Source of the DNA: Ranitomeya imitator
Lineage: Eukaryota
Direction of reading: 5' to 3'
Assembly (NCBI RefSeq): GCF_032444005.1
Contig: NC_091283.1
Coordinates: 42,842,001 to 42,906,000 of the forward strand
DNA length: 64,000 nt
Shown: piece by piece, positions 33,076 through 45,616 of the stretch
Layout of the letters: every line of letters begins with the position of its first letter
How positions within the stretch are numbered: position 1 is the stretch's first letter
The notes under the pieces: model-generated
Seen by the model: the letters and a program-made list of their open reading frames with translations, nothing else
Databases searched by the model: none
Told to the model about the DNA's origin: nothing
Position numbers and translations under genes: made by a program

Positions 33076-34634
33076 CACTGCTAAAAAAAAATAAAGGGAG
33101 CACTAAAATCCCACATCCTAGACATCACTGAAATATTTCAGTTGTAAATCTTTATTCATTACATAGTGGAATGTGTTGAGAACAATAAAACCTAAAAATA
33201 ATCAACGTAAATCACAACTAATGTCCCACGGAGGTCTGGAGTTGAAATGATGCTCAAAATCAAAGTGGAAAATGAAGTTACAGGCGGATCCAACTTAAGT
33301 GGAAATGCCTCAAGACAAGGAAATAATGCTCAGTAGTGTGTGTGTGGCCTCCACGTGCCTGTATGACCTCCCTAGAAAGCCTGGGCATGCTCCTGATGAG
33401 GCGGCGGATGGTCTCCTGAGGGATCTCCTCCCAGACCTGGACTAAAGCATCCGCCAACTCCTGGACAGTATGTGGTGCAAAGTGATGTTGGTGGATGTAG
33501 CGAGACATGATGTCCCAGATGTGTTCAATCAGATTTCTGGTCTGGGGAACGGGCAGCCAGTCCATAGCTTCAATGCCTTCATCTTGCAGGAACTGCTGAC
33601 ACACTCCAGCCACATGAGGTCTGGCATTGTCCTGAATTAGGAGGAACCTGCCAGCCGCACCAGCATATGGTCTCACAAGGGGTCTGAGGATCTCATCTTG
33701 GTACCTAATGGCAGTCAGGCTACCTCTGACGAGCACATGGAGGGCTGTGCGGCCCTCCAAAGAAATGCCACCCCACACCATTACCGGTCATGCTGAAGGA
33801 TGTTGCAGGCAGCAGATCGCTCTCCACGGCATCTCCAGACTCTGTCATGGCTGTCACATGTGCTCAGAGTGAACCTGCTTTCATCTGTGAAGAGCACAGG
33901 GCGCCAGTGGCAAATTTGCCAATCCTGGTGTTCTGTAGCAAATGCCAAGTGTCCTGCATGGTGCTGGACTGTGAGCACAAGCCCCATCTGTGGGCATCGG
34001 GCACTCAGACCATCCTCATGGAGTTGGTTTCTAACCGTTTGTGCAAACGCATGCACATTTGTGGCCTGCTGGAGGCCATTTTGCAGGGCTTTGGCAGTGC
34101 TCCACCTGTTCCTCCTTGCACAAAGGCGGAGGTAGCGGTCCTGCTGCTGGGTTGTTGCCCTCTTACATCCCCTTCCACTTCTCCTGGTGTACTGGCCTGT
34201 CTCCTGGTAACGCCTCCAGCCTCTGGACACTACGCTGACAGATACAGCAAACCTTCTTGCCACAGCTCGCATTGATGTGCCATCCTGGATGAGCTGCACT
34301 ACCTGAGCCACTTGTGTGGGTTGTAGAGTCCGTCTCATGCTACCACGAGTGTGAAAGCACAACCAACATTCAAAAGTGACAAAAACGTCAGCCAGAAAGC
34401 ATTGGTACTGAGATGTGGTCTGTGGTCCCCACCTGCAGAACCACTCCTTTATTGAGGGTGTCTTGATAATTGCCAATAATTTCCATCTGTTGTCTATTCC
34501 ATTTGCACAACAGCATGTGAAATTGATTGTCAATCAGTGTTGTTCCTAAGTGGACAGTCTGATTTCACAGAAGTTTCATTTACTTGGAGTTATATTCTGT
34601 TGTTTAAGTGTTCCCTTTATTTTTTTGAGCAGTG
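33076..34634 (-). mobile_element. Near full-length Tc1 DNA transposon (1559 bp)
   Basis: TIRs of about 30 bp, CACTGCT(A/C)AAAAAAATAAAGGGA(G/A)CACT. TA TSDs at 33074-33075 and 34635-34636. Confidence 0.93.
33278..34338 (-). pseudogene. Tc1 transposase (DD34E type), frameshifted
   Basis: HTH region [20 protein letters not shown] and catalytic motifs [17 protein letters not shown] and NLIEHIWD. The frame breaks at 33781 (HDR* / MVWGG). Confidence 0.88.
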
Positions 34635-34680
34635 TATATATCCCCCATCCTGTAATATGTCCCTTATCCTGGGCACTATC

Positions 34681-34736
<56 letters not shown>

Positions 34737-36032
34737 CCACCCTGCAGCTGTTCTTCAATGTATACAAAAAATAAACCATTATATTCACCTCCCATCCGCT
34801 CCCCCACAGCTCGCCGTCCTCTTTTGAAGCCGGCAGCTGACTTCAGCGTGCAAGCAATGGAAGCTCATGACGGCACTGCCACATGCCCCCAGGATGCACA
34901 TCCAGTGAAGTTTGCTCTGGTGTCAGAGGAACCTTCACCCTCATGGGCCCGGCTGCAACCTCTGCGACCGCAGTCGTTATGCCGCTGGTGGTTGTGATTC
35001 AGGAAAAAACATCCCTACTCTGTGCTGTTTTCCCCTCTATAAGCTTTTATAGGAGGCCTGAAAAAAAACGCATCTAATAAAATGCATCAAAATTAACAGC
35101 AAAAAAAAACCTCGCAAGTATCACAGAAGATTGCTATTTTGTATTTTGGTGCCAACACCTGCAGAAAACATTCTACATTACCATAATATATGACATAAGA
35201 CGCACATCACTATTACATATAAAACCGCATGACATTTTGCACACAGCTCAGTTGTTTTCTTCAAGGGCAGGAACAGCACAAGACAGTCCACATCCCTACA
35301 GGGGAAAAGAAATGTTCAAGTTCTGCATAGGAAGGCCTCAAACACTACATGTTTTCATAAACCTAGCCCTACTTTTAGTTCTGGGATTCGCAGGGACTCG
35401 ATCTGTAAATTTGGGACAACTGGCAAGTTTGCCTCCTACATCTCCTGAAATGTCCACTCTATACCCCATTCTTGCACCCATTTACCGTACTCACGTCACA
35501 GATTGTACGTGTGACTTTTCTTCTCCGCTAAGATTGTGACTCACGTCTTCCTCTGCAAAACAGTTCACCCACGTCCCCCTTATGTGACCTCTACCCAACT
35601 ACCTTATCCCAGTCATAACAGGTCATCGTTTTACAAGTTTTCTAGCCATGTAGATTTATGTAATGCCTTAGTAATTTCCCGATACAAATCTGTCGGCTCT
35701 CCCAACATGTCAGCTTTAGTAACTACTTGTATTCGCCATGTTTTCCTATAACTCCGAGTCTGAGTTTCCAGGAGTAGCAGAGGAGCAGCACAAGGCAAAG
35801 TGTTAAGAATACATTATTCTGGATTGTTAAAACCAAAGAGAATAAGATTGTGAGGCAATTTTTAACTTTCTCTTTTTTTTATACATACACCAACTGATGA
35901 GTTCTACACCACCTGTGCCCTCATATCTACAAAGTGGCACGATTGCTGACCTTCACTACAGCTGTGAGATTCTGTGGGTGGCCTACAGCAGGTAAGTCTT
36001 CTCTGTGCCAAAAGTACACCTACCTGAAATGA

Positions 36033-36040
36033 TATATAAA
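36033..36040 (+). promoter_or_regulatory. TATA box of syncollin
   Basis: TATATAAA ending 35 nt upstream of the ATG at 36075. Confidence 0.6.
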
Positions 36041-36074
36041 GTTGCCTCCAAAAATTTACTCTGCCCATTCAACC

Positions 36075-36470
36075 ATGAGAGCCTTGAGTTTTTGCATCGT
36101 GCCACTGCTGGCGTCTCTGGCCATGGGGCTTTGCCCCCAACCTGCTGATCTCAAAGATGGTGAAGGCAACAGACTGTGTGCCCGTCTCTATGCAGACAGC
36201 AGCCTGTATTACGATGAGTGCTGTTCTGGAGACGTCATAGACGTGAAGCCAGGAGAAGACATTCCCTACATCATACCGAGGTGGAACAATCGAATCTCTT
36301 CATTGGTGGTGGGCACCAAATGTGAACTAACCGTCTGGTCAAGGAAACCCAAAGATGGAGACACCAAGAAGTTTTCCAGTGGGGCTCAACCACGACTGGC
36401 GGAGATCAAGAGAGGGCTTTTGGGAACCTGGGATGACTCCATTTCTTCCTATTACTGCAAATGCACCTGA
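36075..36470 (+). CDS. SYCN: Syncollin, single exon, 131 aa
   Basis: Signal peptide MRALSFCIVPLLASLAMG, then CPQPADLKD...CARLY...YYDECC...SSLVVGTKCELTVWSR...PRL...RGLLGTWDDSISSYYCKC, the syncollin pattern with all seven mature Cys. AATAAA lies at 36578-36583. Confidence 0.96.
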   Translation: MRALSFCIVPLLASLAMGLCPQPADLKDGEGNRLCARLYADSSLYYDECCSGDVIDVKPGEDIPYIIPRWNNRISSLVVGTKCELTVWSRKPKDGDTKKFSSGAQPRLAEIKRGLLGTWDDSISSYYCKCT

Positions 36471-37690
36471 GGAGGAAGAGAAGACGGACAAACCTTGTGT
36501 TCTCGGAAATATGGAGAAGATGTGCTGACTGAAGACAAAGCGTCATCCTGTAGGAGGTCCAACCTTCCTATACTGCAAATAAAGCCTATAAACATGCATT
36601 GATCTGACGTACTTACTATTATAGAACAGGAGGGCCGATTGTGAGAGGGTGAGTGTGCCGCACAAGAGGATGAATGAGGGAAATTGAATTTTTGGAAGCT
36701 CTAAATTGTCCTCCTGAATTCTCTCTCTTTTCCATTTGCTGTGTAGTTGAATGCCATGTCGTTCCTTATTTCAAGCTACTATATATAGGGCAAGAGATAC
36801 ACATTGGGGTTAAGTCGCCAAGGTGATGATTTTTTTTTTGCCAACTATCTGATAAATATAGAGGGTAGCTCCTGACTTTCCCCAAACAATGGAGGAAAGA
36901 AGGATCGGGCATGTTGGATTTCAACACCTAAACCCTTTGTTCTCAGGAGATAAACAGATACCATATTGGTTTTGAAGCAGTTTATTTCCCTTTTCCCCCC
37001 AAAAAACCATACATGCTGGGCCAAGAGGAATTGGGTGGTAGGTATTAAAGATATACAAGTACCTTATCTGTAGGGTTTTAGGTAGGCACAAAAATATTTT
37101 GTGCAGGGTTAATGAAGGATAATAGTATTTCATCCTTTCACCAGTGCCTCAGCAGGTTAAACATGTGATGAAGACTCTTTTCCCCACTGATATTTAGGGG
37201 TCCCACTTATTAGGCAATTATGGCATAAGCATAGTGATGTCTCCTGAAGCTCCCAGTTACTGACCACCCCCTTCTACGTGCCTGGGGTTTCTGGCCATTA
37301 GGCCTGGGGGTGACTGCTACCTTTTTTTTACCTACTGAGCCTACCGTTAAGGTCCAAGATGACAAAAGTGGAAATCCAGTCTAAAACTTGTTACTGATTT
37401 GTAAGGAATCACTGATATTACCCCCAAAACGTGTAAAAAAAAATGCATGAATGGGTATGTATAATTTTGCAAATACACTTCATAATGTTTCTATGCATTG
37501 ATAATTTTTAAAAAGAAGCAAATATCCTTGATTTAAAAAAAACATCCTATTTGTTTTATGTACGCAGCTCCTATGCAAGCCAATGTGTCCATATAGCTAT
37601 AAACAATCCCTGTGTAGTGTAGTCTGATCCTCTGCTTCTTGCTGTATTATCTAGAAATAGGAGACAAGTTAAAGGAGGTCATTCATATAA

Positions 37691-37756
<66 letters not shown>

Positions 37757-37792
37757 TAGGAAGCTGTATGAAAATAAACAGCCTAATATTTG

Positions 37793-38173
37793 AAAGTAGA
37801 ACTATCATTTGTCATACATATTTTTTGTTGCTTTTTCTCACCTGGTGTAACTGACGCTGTTCTCCTGAATCCGGCGATGTTTTTCTTTTGTTTCTGCGCC
37901 TCTCCATTCCTGAGATATGACCACTTCTTCACTGTTCATCAATCTACTCTTTTTAGCTAACTAGGCGTGATGCTCAAGGAGACCTCCCTGGAGGAGCGTT
38001 GTGGACAACGCCCTTTTGGCTATGAAGACTAAATTTATATACAGAGAAGAAAAGGCCATATCTCAGGAATGGAAAGGATCAAGAATAAAAGAAAGACATC
38101 ACTGGATTCAGAAAAACAGCGGCTTTTACACCAGATAAATACATATTTATGGCAATTGACAGGTTCTCCTTAA
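37793..38173. mobile_element. Palindromic T2/Kolobok-type MITE (same family as 23299)
   Basis: GTTCTCCTGAATCCGGCGATGTTTT... arms, ending GACAGGTTCTCCTTAA. The left boundary is approximate. Confidence 0.7.
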
Positions 38174-38483
38174 AGGGATACTCCCATTTTAGAAAGTGAA
38201 GGAAAATCACTAATATTTTCTCTCTGTCCGTGATCATGGAGGTCAAATTTCTAGGATCCATACTTTTTTCTGACTAATGTCTATTCCCCACATGTCCAGG
38301 ATTGGTTATCCTATATAATCGTACATTTTACCCATAAAATGCCTTTGGAGATTCTGTCCGCGGCTCCTTACAGACAGGTAAATGATGTAACCTTGCTTGC
38401 TACTTTTACTGGGGAATATTAGATTAGACGGGAGAAGGTTTGTGTTAGGTTTTAGGAGTTACTTGATTATAGCGACACATCCA

Positions 38484-39412
38484 ATGCAGCAAGGGGCCGA
38501 TGTGCGGAGCAGCAGGGGGCCGAAGTGCGGAGCAGCAGGGGGCCGAAGTGCGGAGCAGCAGGGGGCCGATGTGTGGAGCAGCAGGGGGCCGATGTGTGGA
38601 GCAGCAGGGGGCCGATGTGCGGAGCAGCAGGGGGCCGATGTGCGGAGCAGCAGGGGGCCGAAGTGCGGAGCAGCAGGGGGCCGATGTGCGGAGCAGCAGG
38701 GGGCCGATGTGCGGAGCAGCAGGGGGCCGATGTGCGGAGCAGCAGGGGGCCGATGTGCGGAGCAGCAGGGGGCCGATGTGCGGAGCAGCAGGGGGCCGAT
38801 GTGCGGAGCAGCAGGGGGCCAATGTGCGGAGCAGCAGGGGGCCAATGTGCGGAGCAGCAGGGGGCCGATGTGCGGAGCAGCAGGGGGCCGATGTGCGGAG
38901 CAGCAGGGGGCCAATGTGCGGAGCAGCAGGGGGCCAATGTGCGGAGCAGCAGGGGGCCAATGTGCGGAGCAGCAGGGGGCCAATGTGCGGAGCAGCAGGG
39001 GGCCGATGTGCGGAGCAGCAGGGGGCCGATGTGCGGAGCAGCAGGGGGCCAATGTGTGGAGCAGCAGGGGGCCAATGTGTGGAGCAGCAGGGGGCCAATG
39101 TGTGGAGCAGCAGGGGGCCGATGTGTGGAGCAGCAGGGGGCCGATGTGTAGAGCAGCAGGGGGCCGATGTGTGGAGCAGCAGGGGGCCGATGTGTGGAGC
39201 AGCAGGGGGCCGTTGTGTGGAGCAGCAGGGGGCCGATGTGTGGAGCAGCAGGGGGCCCATGTGTGGAGCAGCAGGGGGCCCATGTGTGGAGCAGCAGGGG
39301 GCCGATGTGCGGAGCAGCAGGGGGCCAATGTGTGGAACAGCAGGGGGCCGACGTGTGGAGCAGCAGGGGGCCGATGTGCGGAGCAGCAGGGGGCCGATGT
39401 GTGGCGCAGAGG
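38484..39412. repeat. 23-bp GC-rich minisatellite (TGTGCGGAGCAGCAGGGGGCCGA), about 40 copies
   Basis: Units are directly visible and stop-free in all frames, which explains the six overlapping ORFs. Confidence 0.97.
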
Positions 39413-40471
39413 GGGGGCCTGATCCGTGCTCTCCTTAATGCGTTACCAACTACTGACTGGTAGGGAGTCCTGGGAGAAAGATTATTGTACAAGACATGAC
39501 TACAAGACGTGGAAAATAATCTGTTTTGTATTTAAAGGAAGGGCGCCACTCTGGTCAAAGTCTGGTACTGCGGAATTCAAGTCAATGGGGTAAATCTAAA
39601 AACCTTAGCAAAAAAAAAGCAGGTCGTGTGGGGTGTGAAACCAGCAGATGGTGCCATACCAAACACAGGGGCAGTAATTTTCTAAGACAAAATACACAAA
39701 ATAAGCTCAGACTTTACTTTTATTCCCAATATTGACAGTTGTTCTTTAATTTTACAAGGTGCAATTTTTATTTTTTTGTTTTGAAGGGGGGAGATGAACG
39801 TTTCTCTTTTTCTTTTTCACATAACTGAAAAACAGCGCCCCATCAGTCTACTGGTTGTGTCTGGTATTGCAACTGCACCCCATTGAAATTAATGGGACTG
39901 AGCTGCAATACCGCATGCAAACTGCAGACAAGGGTGGCGCTGTTTTTTTTTTTTTTTTCTTTTTTTTTTAGGCAGACTTTTTTTCATTCTGTAAAACCCT
40001 TATCATGGGAATCTGATTGGTCACTATGATCGATGCATGCTTTTAACTTAGTCTAAATTTGCCTCCCAAGCTTTAAGGATCTCTGTAGGAACAGGTCATC
40101 AGTTCTTTTTAATATTATCATCACTCTGATGGTCTCAAAGCAAAAAGGTGTTGCCACAAAAAATCATGGAGGTGTTATATTTTCTAAAAGGATCATAATC
40201 TGGGACCCTCTTGGGGGGCAGAAGGAGACAAGACTAAAACGTTTCCCTTTTCACGACCAGCTGGCAGCAAATGTTTAACCAACAGTGCCCCCACAGGCAA
40301 AACAAGGAATTACATGGTGCACATTTAAGTCATGTTTGCACCGATGAGCTTCCTATGACATCTTCTCTGGGTTCCAGGTCACAAACTTCCACCAAAGTGT
40401 AGAGTAGGTAGATGGTGGCGTTGTAGTCTGACAGTTAGGGACAACACCTCCATTTTCCATTATACCAATGT

Positions 40472-40477
40472 TTTATT
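40472..40477 (-). terminator. Candidate polyadenylation signal of NCCRP1
   Basis: AATAAA on the minus strand about 115 nt past the stop codon. Confidence 0.5.
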
Positions 40478-40591
40478 TCCTGGTTTTATATACCATCATC
40501 CAACCAATGGGTGCAGGGGACAACATATATTGAAGGTATTCAGCTGGAGACTGGTCCTAAGGTTTCACGTTGTCCTCTTCTATATTCGGAT

Positions 40592-40729
40592 TCAGTCTCG
40601 TAACTGAGCAAATAGTGTGCTGTCTGCCACTCGCGTTCGGTGGAATCCCAGGACTGACAGATCTTTACTCTTGTGCAAAAAGTGAACATACCGCAGACCT
40701 GGTCCATAAGACTTGAAGATATGGGAAAC
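40592..40729 (-). CDS. NCCRP1: NCCRP1 exon 6
   Basis: VSHIFKSYGPGLRYVHFLHKSKDLSVLGFHRTRVADSTLFAQLRD*, with acceptor TATGTCTCAG. Confidence 0.93.
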   Translation of the reverse strand, partial: VSHIFKSYGPGLRYVHFLHKSKDLSVLGFHRTRVADSTLFAQLRD

Positions 40730-43700
40730 CTGAGACATAGAAGTGTCATTAGATAGTTAGGGGACCCCATCTGTTGGATCTCCAATACGATATTTAAAAC
40801 ATATTCAGTCTAAATTAGAAACCGTCTTTAACGAGGAATCTGCCACCAGGTTAACATTTTTTCAATTTTTCTATCTTATTTTATTCTTGTTTTTTCCCGT
40901 GAGTGTTCTGGTTTTCGTTTTATTAAAATCCGCCATACGGTTCCAGAGATATGGGTTTTTTTATTTAGTGCAAATTTTTATGGTCTTTACGAGGAGGCGT
41001 GGCTCACAGGACAGAACAGTCTAAACACACGCCCCAGAGGATCCTGTGAGCCACGCCTCCTTAGTAACAACCCAGAAATAATGTACCAAATAAAACCTCC
41101 CATATCTCTGGAACCATACAGCGGAAGTTAAAAAAGAATAAAATGAAATACACAGGCAAGCATCAGGAATAAAATAAGAGCAAAAACTGGTTATTTCTGA
41201 ACTTGTGACGGGTCACCTTTAAGAATTTAAATTTGACGGTTTTGTAGGATTATCCCTTTTCATGGTTCCTTTCGGTATTTGGGCTACTCACCGCGTTCCA
41301 TCCTTTTGGTTCCCCGCTCATGTCATTTTCTGGGGTCAGGTCCAACTGAGCTAAAATAGTTTTCTTGTCCTCTGCCAGCAGCTTGACATGGAGCTCATAC
41401 ACTTGTTTGTGGAGTTTGCTGTCTTCATACCTGTATAATAAACATTTGACATGAGGCCAGGATGCCCGATGGGTCTACTTACAAAATTATCGTGGGTATT
41501 TTGTCATCCACATCTTCCGTCCACGACACAGACAGTGCCACTCTCGCATCAGATATTGACCCGGTCACCCCTGTCATACACGGCAGAGTGCAACAAAACA
41601 ATAGACAACCCTGGCACAATAACATCACTAAAAGGCTCCGGCAAGTGTCCAGGGTTGCAGATCGGTGTTGGAAGAAAACACATTTGCAAGATGATTTCAC
41701 TGCACTGAAACAAGCAACACTCACATTAAATTCTGCTCACACCTCTACTAAACAGGCCTACTTCACAACCCTTGTATCTTCCTTATCCCAAAATCCCAAA
41801 CAGTTATTCAACGCTTTTAACTCCCTCCTCCTCGCACCACTGCCCCCTACGACCTCCCTCATCTCTGCTGAGGACTTGAAAAATAAGATCGACCAAACAA
41901 GTCTTTATTGTTCAACTATCACATACCAGACCAATGCCCTTCCCCATAACCTACCCCTCAAACATCATTGAAGGAGAGCTTACTCGTCTCCTCTCCAAAT
42001 CACACCTCACCACTTGTGCACTTGACCCCATCCCATCCTACCTCCTCCCCAACCTCACCACCACACGTACCCCACCCCTAACCCATCTCTTCAACCTATC
42101 TCTAACTTCTGGCACCTTCCCTTCTGCTTTCAAACATGCCACAATCACACCTATCCTCAAAAAGCCAACCCTGGACCTGACCGTTATGTCCAGCTATCTC
42201 CCCATATCACTGCTACTATTTGCTTCAAAACTCCTTGAGCAACACATCCACGCTAAACTTTCTTCTTGCCTCTCATTTAACTCGCTTTTCAACAACCTAC
42301 AATCTGGCTTCCTTCTCATCACTCCACTAAAACTGCTCTGACCAAAATTACTAATGACTTACAGCCAAAGCTAACAGACAATTCTCTACAGTCCTCCTTC
42401 TAGACCTGTCCTCTGCTTCCATCACAGTTGACCACTGCCTCCTACTACAGATCCTTTTTTCCTCTGACGTCAAAGACTTCTCCCTATCCTGGATCTCCTC
42501 ATACCTTACTATCTGCACATTTTGCGCCTACCAGTCCCACACTACCTCCTCATCCCACCCTCTCTCTGTTGGCATCCCTCAAGGCTCTGTCCTAGGACCC
42601 GATTCTTCTCTATCTATACCTTTGGCCTAAGACAACTCAAAGTCCTATGGCCTCCAGTACCATCTGTACGCTGATGACACTCCGTCTACCTCTCTGGCTC
42701 AGATGTGTCTCTGATGTCTCTCTGCTGTCCAGAATCCCAGAGTGTCTATCAGCCATATCCTCATTCTTCTCCTCTCCTTTCTTCAAGCTCAATGTGGACA
42801 AATCTGAACTAATTATCCTTCCTCCATCTCACGTATCTTCCCTACCTGATCTATCGATCTCAATAAATGACATCACACTTTCCCCAGTACTGGACATCCA
42901 CAGCCTCAGAGTAGCCCTCAACTCTGCCCTGTCCTTCAAACCGCACATCCAAGCTCTCGCCACCTCCTGTCGCCTCCAGCTCAAAAATATTTCCAGAATT
43001 ATTATTATTATTTATTTATATAGCACCATTAATTCCATGGTGCTGTACATGAGAAGGGGTTACATACAGAGTTATAGATATTGTTTACATTAAAAAAATT
43101 TAATGACAGACTGATACAGAGGGGAGAGGACCCGGTCCTTGCAGACTTACATGCTATGGGATAATGGGAAGAGACAGAAGGTCTGGGGTGCGGCAGCTCT
43201 GGCGGTGGTGAGGCAGCAGAATGGTTATTGCAGGCTGTAGGCTTTCCTGAAAAGGGGGGTTTTCAGGTTCCGTCTGAAGGATCAGAGGGTGGTGGATAAT
43301 GGGATGTGATGAGGCAGAGAATTCCAGAGGATGGGGGATATTCGGGAGAAACCTTGGAGGCGGTTGTGTGAGGAATGATAAGTGTGGAGGAGAGTAGGAG
43401 GTCTTGGGAGGATCGGAGATTACGTGAGGGAAGATATTGGGAGATTAGTTCAGGGATATAGGGAGGGGACATGTTGTGGATGGCTTTGTAGATCAGTGTT
43501 AGTAGTTTGAACCTGAGAGAAGACAGATGTATCACTCATGCGCTGCTGATATCAGTGAAGTCAGAACAGACCCTCAAACCTGTATAAATAAATGTTTTAA
43601 ATTCATTGACATCAGCAGCGCATGAGCGACACATCCGTCCTCTCTCTGTATTCATGTTCATCCTCTGTGACCGGCGGTATCTGTGCAGAAGCTGTTATAT

Positions 43701-45572
43701 GCCCGTTATGTGTTCGCATACAGCAGCCTAGCAAGGTGACTGTAATCTCTCCTTTACCTAACACCCCTTTGTCATTGGATAAGACCCTATTGTGCTTTGC
43801 TTTCCAAGTTTCTTCTTTCCACAATTATTAATCTGGGCATACTGTTTAAGGAACACAATTCCCCCCGATCCTTACATTATTGTAACATAGTAACATAGTT
43901 AGCAAGGCCGAAAAAAGAAGACATTTGTCCATCCAGAATCCGTCCTTTCCTCAACCATCAATCTACTAAAATGCTTGTGCATGCCCTCATCATCTCCCGC
44001 CTCGACTACTGCAACATCCTCCTCTGTGGCCTACTTGCTAACACACTCGCCCTTCTCCAGTCCATCCTTAACTCTGCTGCCCGACTAGATCATCCATCTC
44101 CTCGCTTCTCCTCCGCTTCTCCCATCTGCAAATCCCTTCACTGGCTCCCAATTTCCCAATGTATCCAGTGTAAACTACGAATACTGACCTACAAAGCCAT
44201 CCATAACCTTTCTCCTCTGTACATCTACGAACTAATCTCCCAATATCTTCCCTCACGTAATCTCCGGTCCTCCCAAGACCTCCTTTTCTCCTCCACACTT
44301 ATTCGCTCTTCACCCAATCGCCTCCAAGACTTCTCCCGAATATCCCCCATCCTCTGGAATTCTTTGCCCCAACACGTCCGATTATCAACCACATTTGTAT
44401 CCTTCAGACGGAACCTAAAAACCCATCTCTCCAAGAAAACTTACAGCCTGCACTGACCATGCGGCCACCTCAACACCATCGGAGCTACTGCAACCCCCGA
44501 CCTACTGTCTCCATCCTCATCTCATGTACAGCATCATGGAATCAGTGATGCCATAGAAATAAATAATAACATTTCCACTGAAAATCTGATCAGTTATTAG
44601 GAGATTTGTCTCCAGCATCGTGGTATGTTCCCAGGAACTCACCAGTCCAGAACATAGATATCCGGCTGATAGGAATCCAGCAACTCGGGCCAAAGACCTT
44701 CAGAGCATAGATCCAACAGCTGCTCCTTCACACACCAACTGCAAATACCAAGAACACGTTATAACAGTGCATGTGTATTAAAGAAAAAAAAAATGGGTAG
44801 TAGAATCTAACATTGAGAATTGGTGATGTCCTCCTCCCCCTCCCTGCGCCACGACCTCTGCACAGGTCATGGAGCATGCCCACAACACTCTCCCATAGAA
44901 GTCAACACGTCATCTCCAGACCCAGACTACAGGTCCATGTGGCTGCTGTAAAACAAATTTCTAAATGATTTTAAAAGAAGCTCAGGGAAGACTGTGGTCC
45001 TCATTATCATGTACAACAAATAGCATAAAGCATTTAAAAGAATAAAACTAAAACAGATGAAAAATAAGAAAAACTTAAGTGTTACATATTGATCACGCCA
45101 ATGCCATTCAATAATATGCAGTACCTGTGATAACCACTAGGTAGTGATATACAGCACTGGGATTTCGTCTTGCAGTTTAGAATACATGTGGCTCCCACCT
45201 ACTGCACGAGTCGACTATATGGTAACATGGGTTTGGGGTACACATATTTTGTATTCATTTTTTTTCTAAAATGTATTTATCTTACCTATCCAGTCTGAAA
45301 GGCTTGTAATTAAAAGGGTCAGGTTCCGATAATTTCGGGGTTTAATAATTTGAGGATCTGCTGTGGGGTCTGACGAATTAGGGATCTGGGGTCGGGTCTG
45401 ATCATTAAGATTAAATTTAGAAAGTTTAAATCCTCTTGCACTTAGGACACATTGAGCCACCAATGAAGTTCTGGGAATAGCTCCTTAAATGGTTTGGTCT
45501 GTGGTCTTAGAATTAAAGAAGTTGTCCACTACTTATATCTTACAGTGCTCCATACAAAAGTACAACATACAA

Positions 45573-45616
<44 letters not shown>

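Noticed and set aside
35905-35985. PTF1 (E-box plus TC-box) acinar enhancer upstream of SYCN
   Set aside because: CACCTG and CAGCTG E-boxes are present, but I see no properly spaced TTTCCCA/TGGGAA partner, so the call is unsupported.
38397-39492. Six overlapping ORFs of 208-341 aa
   Set aside because: All are frames of the 23-bp minisatellite.
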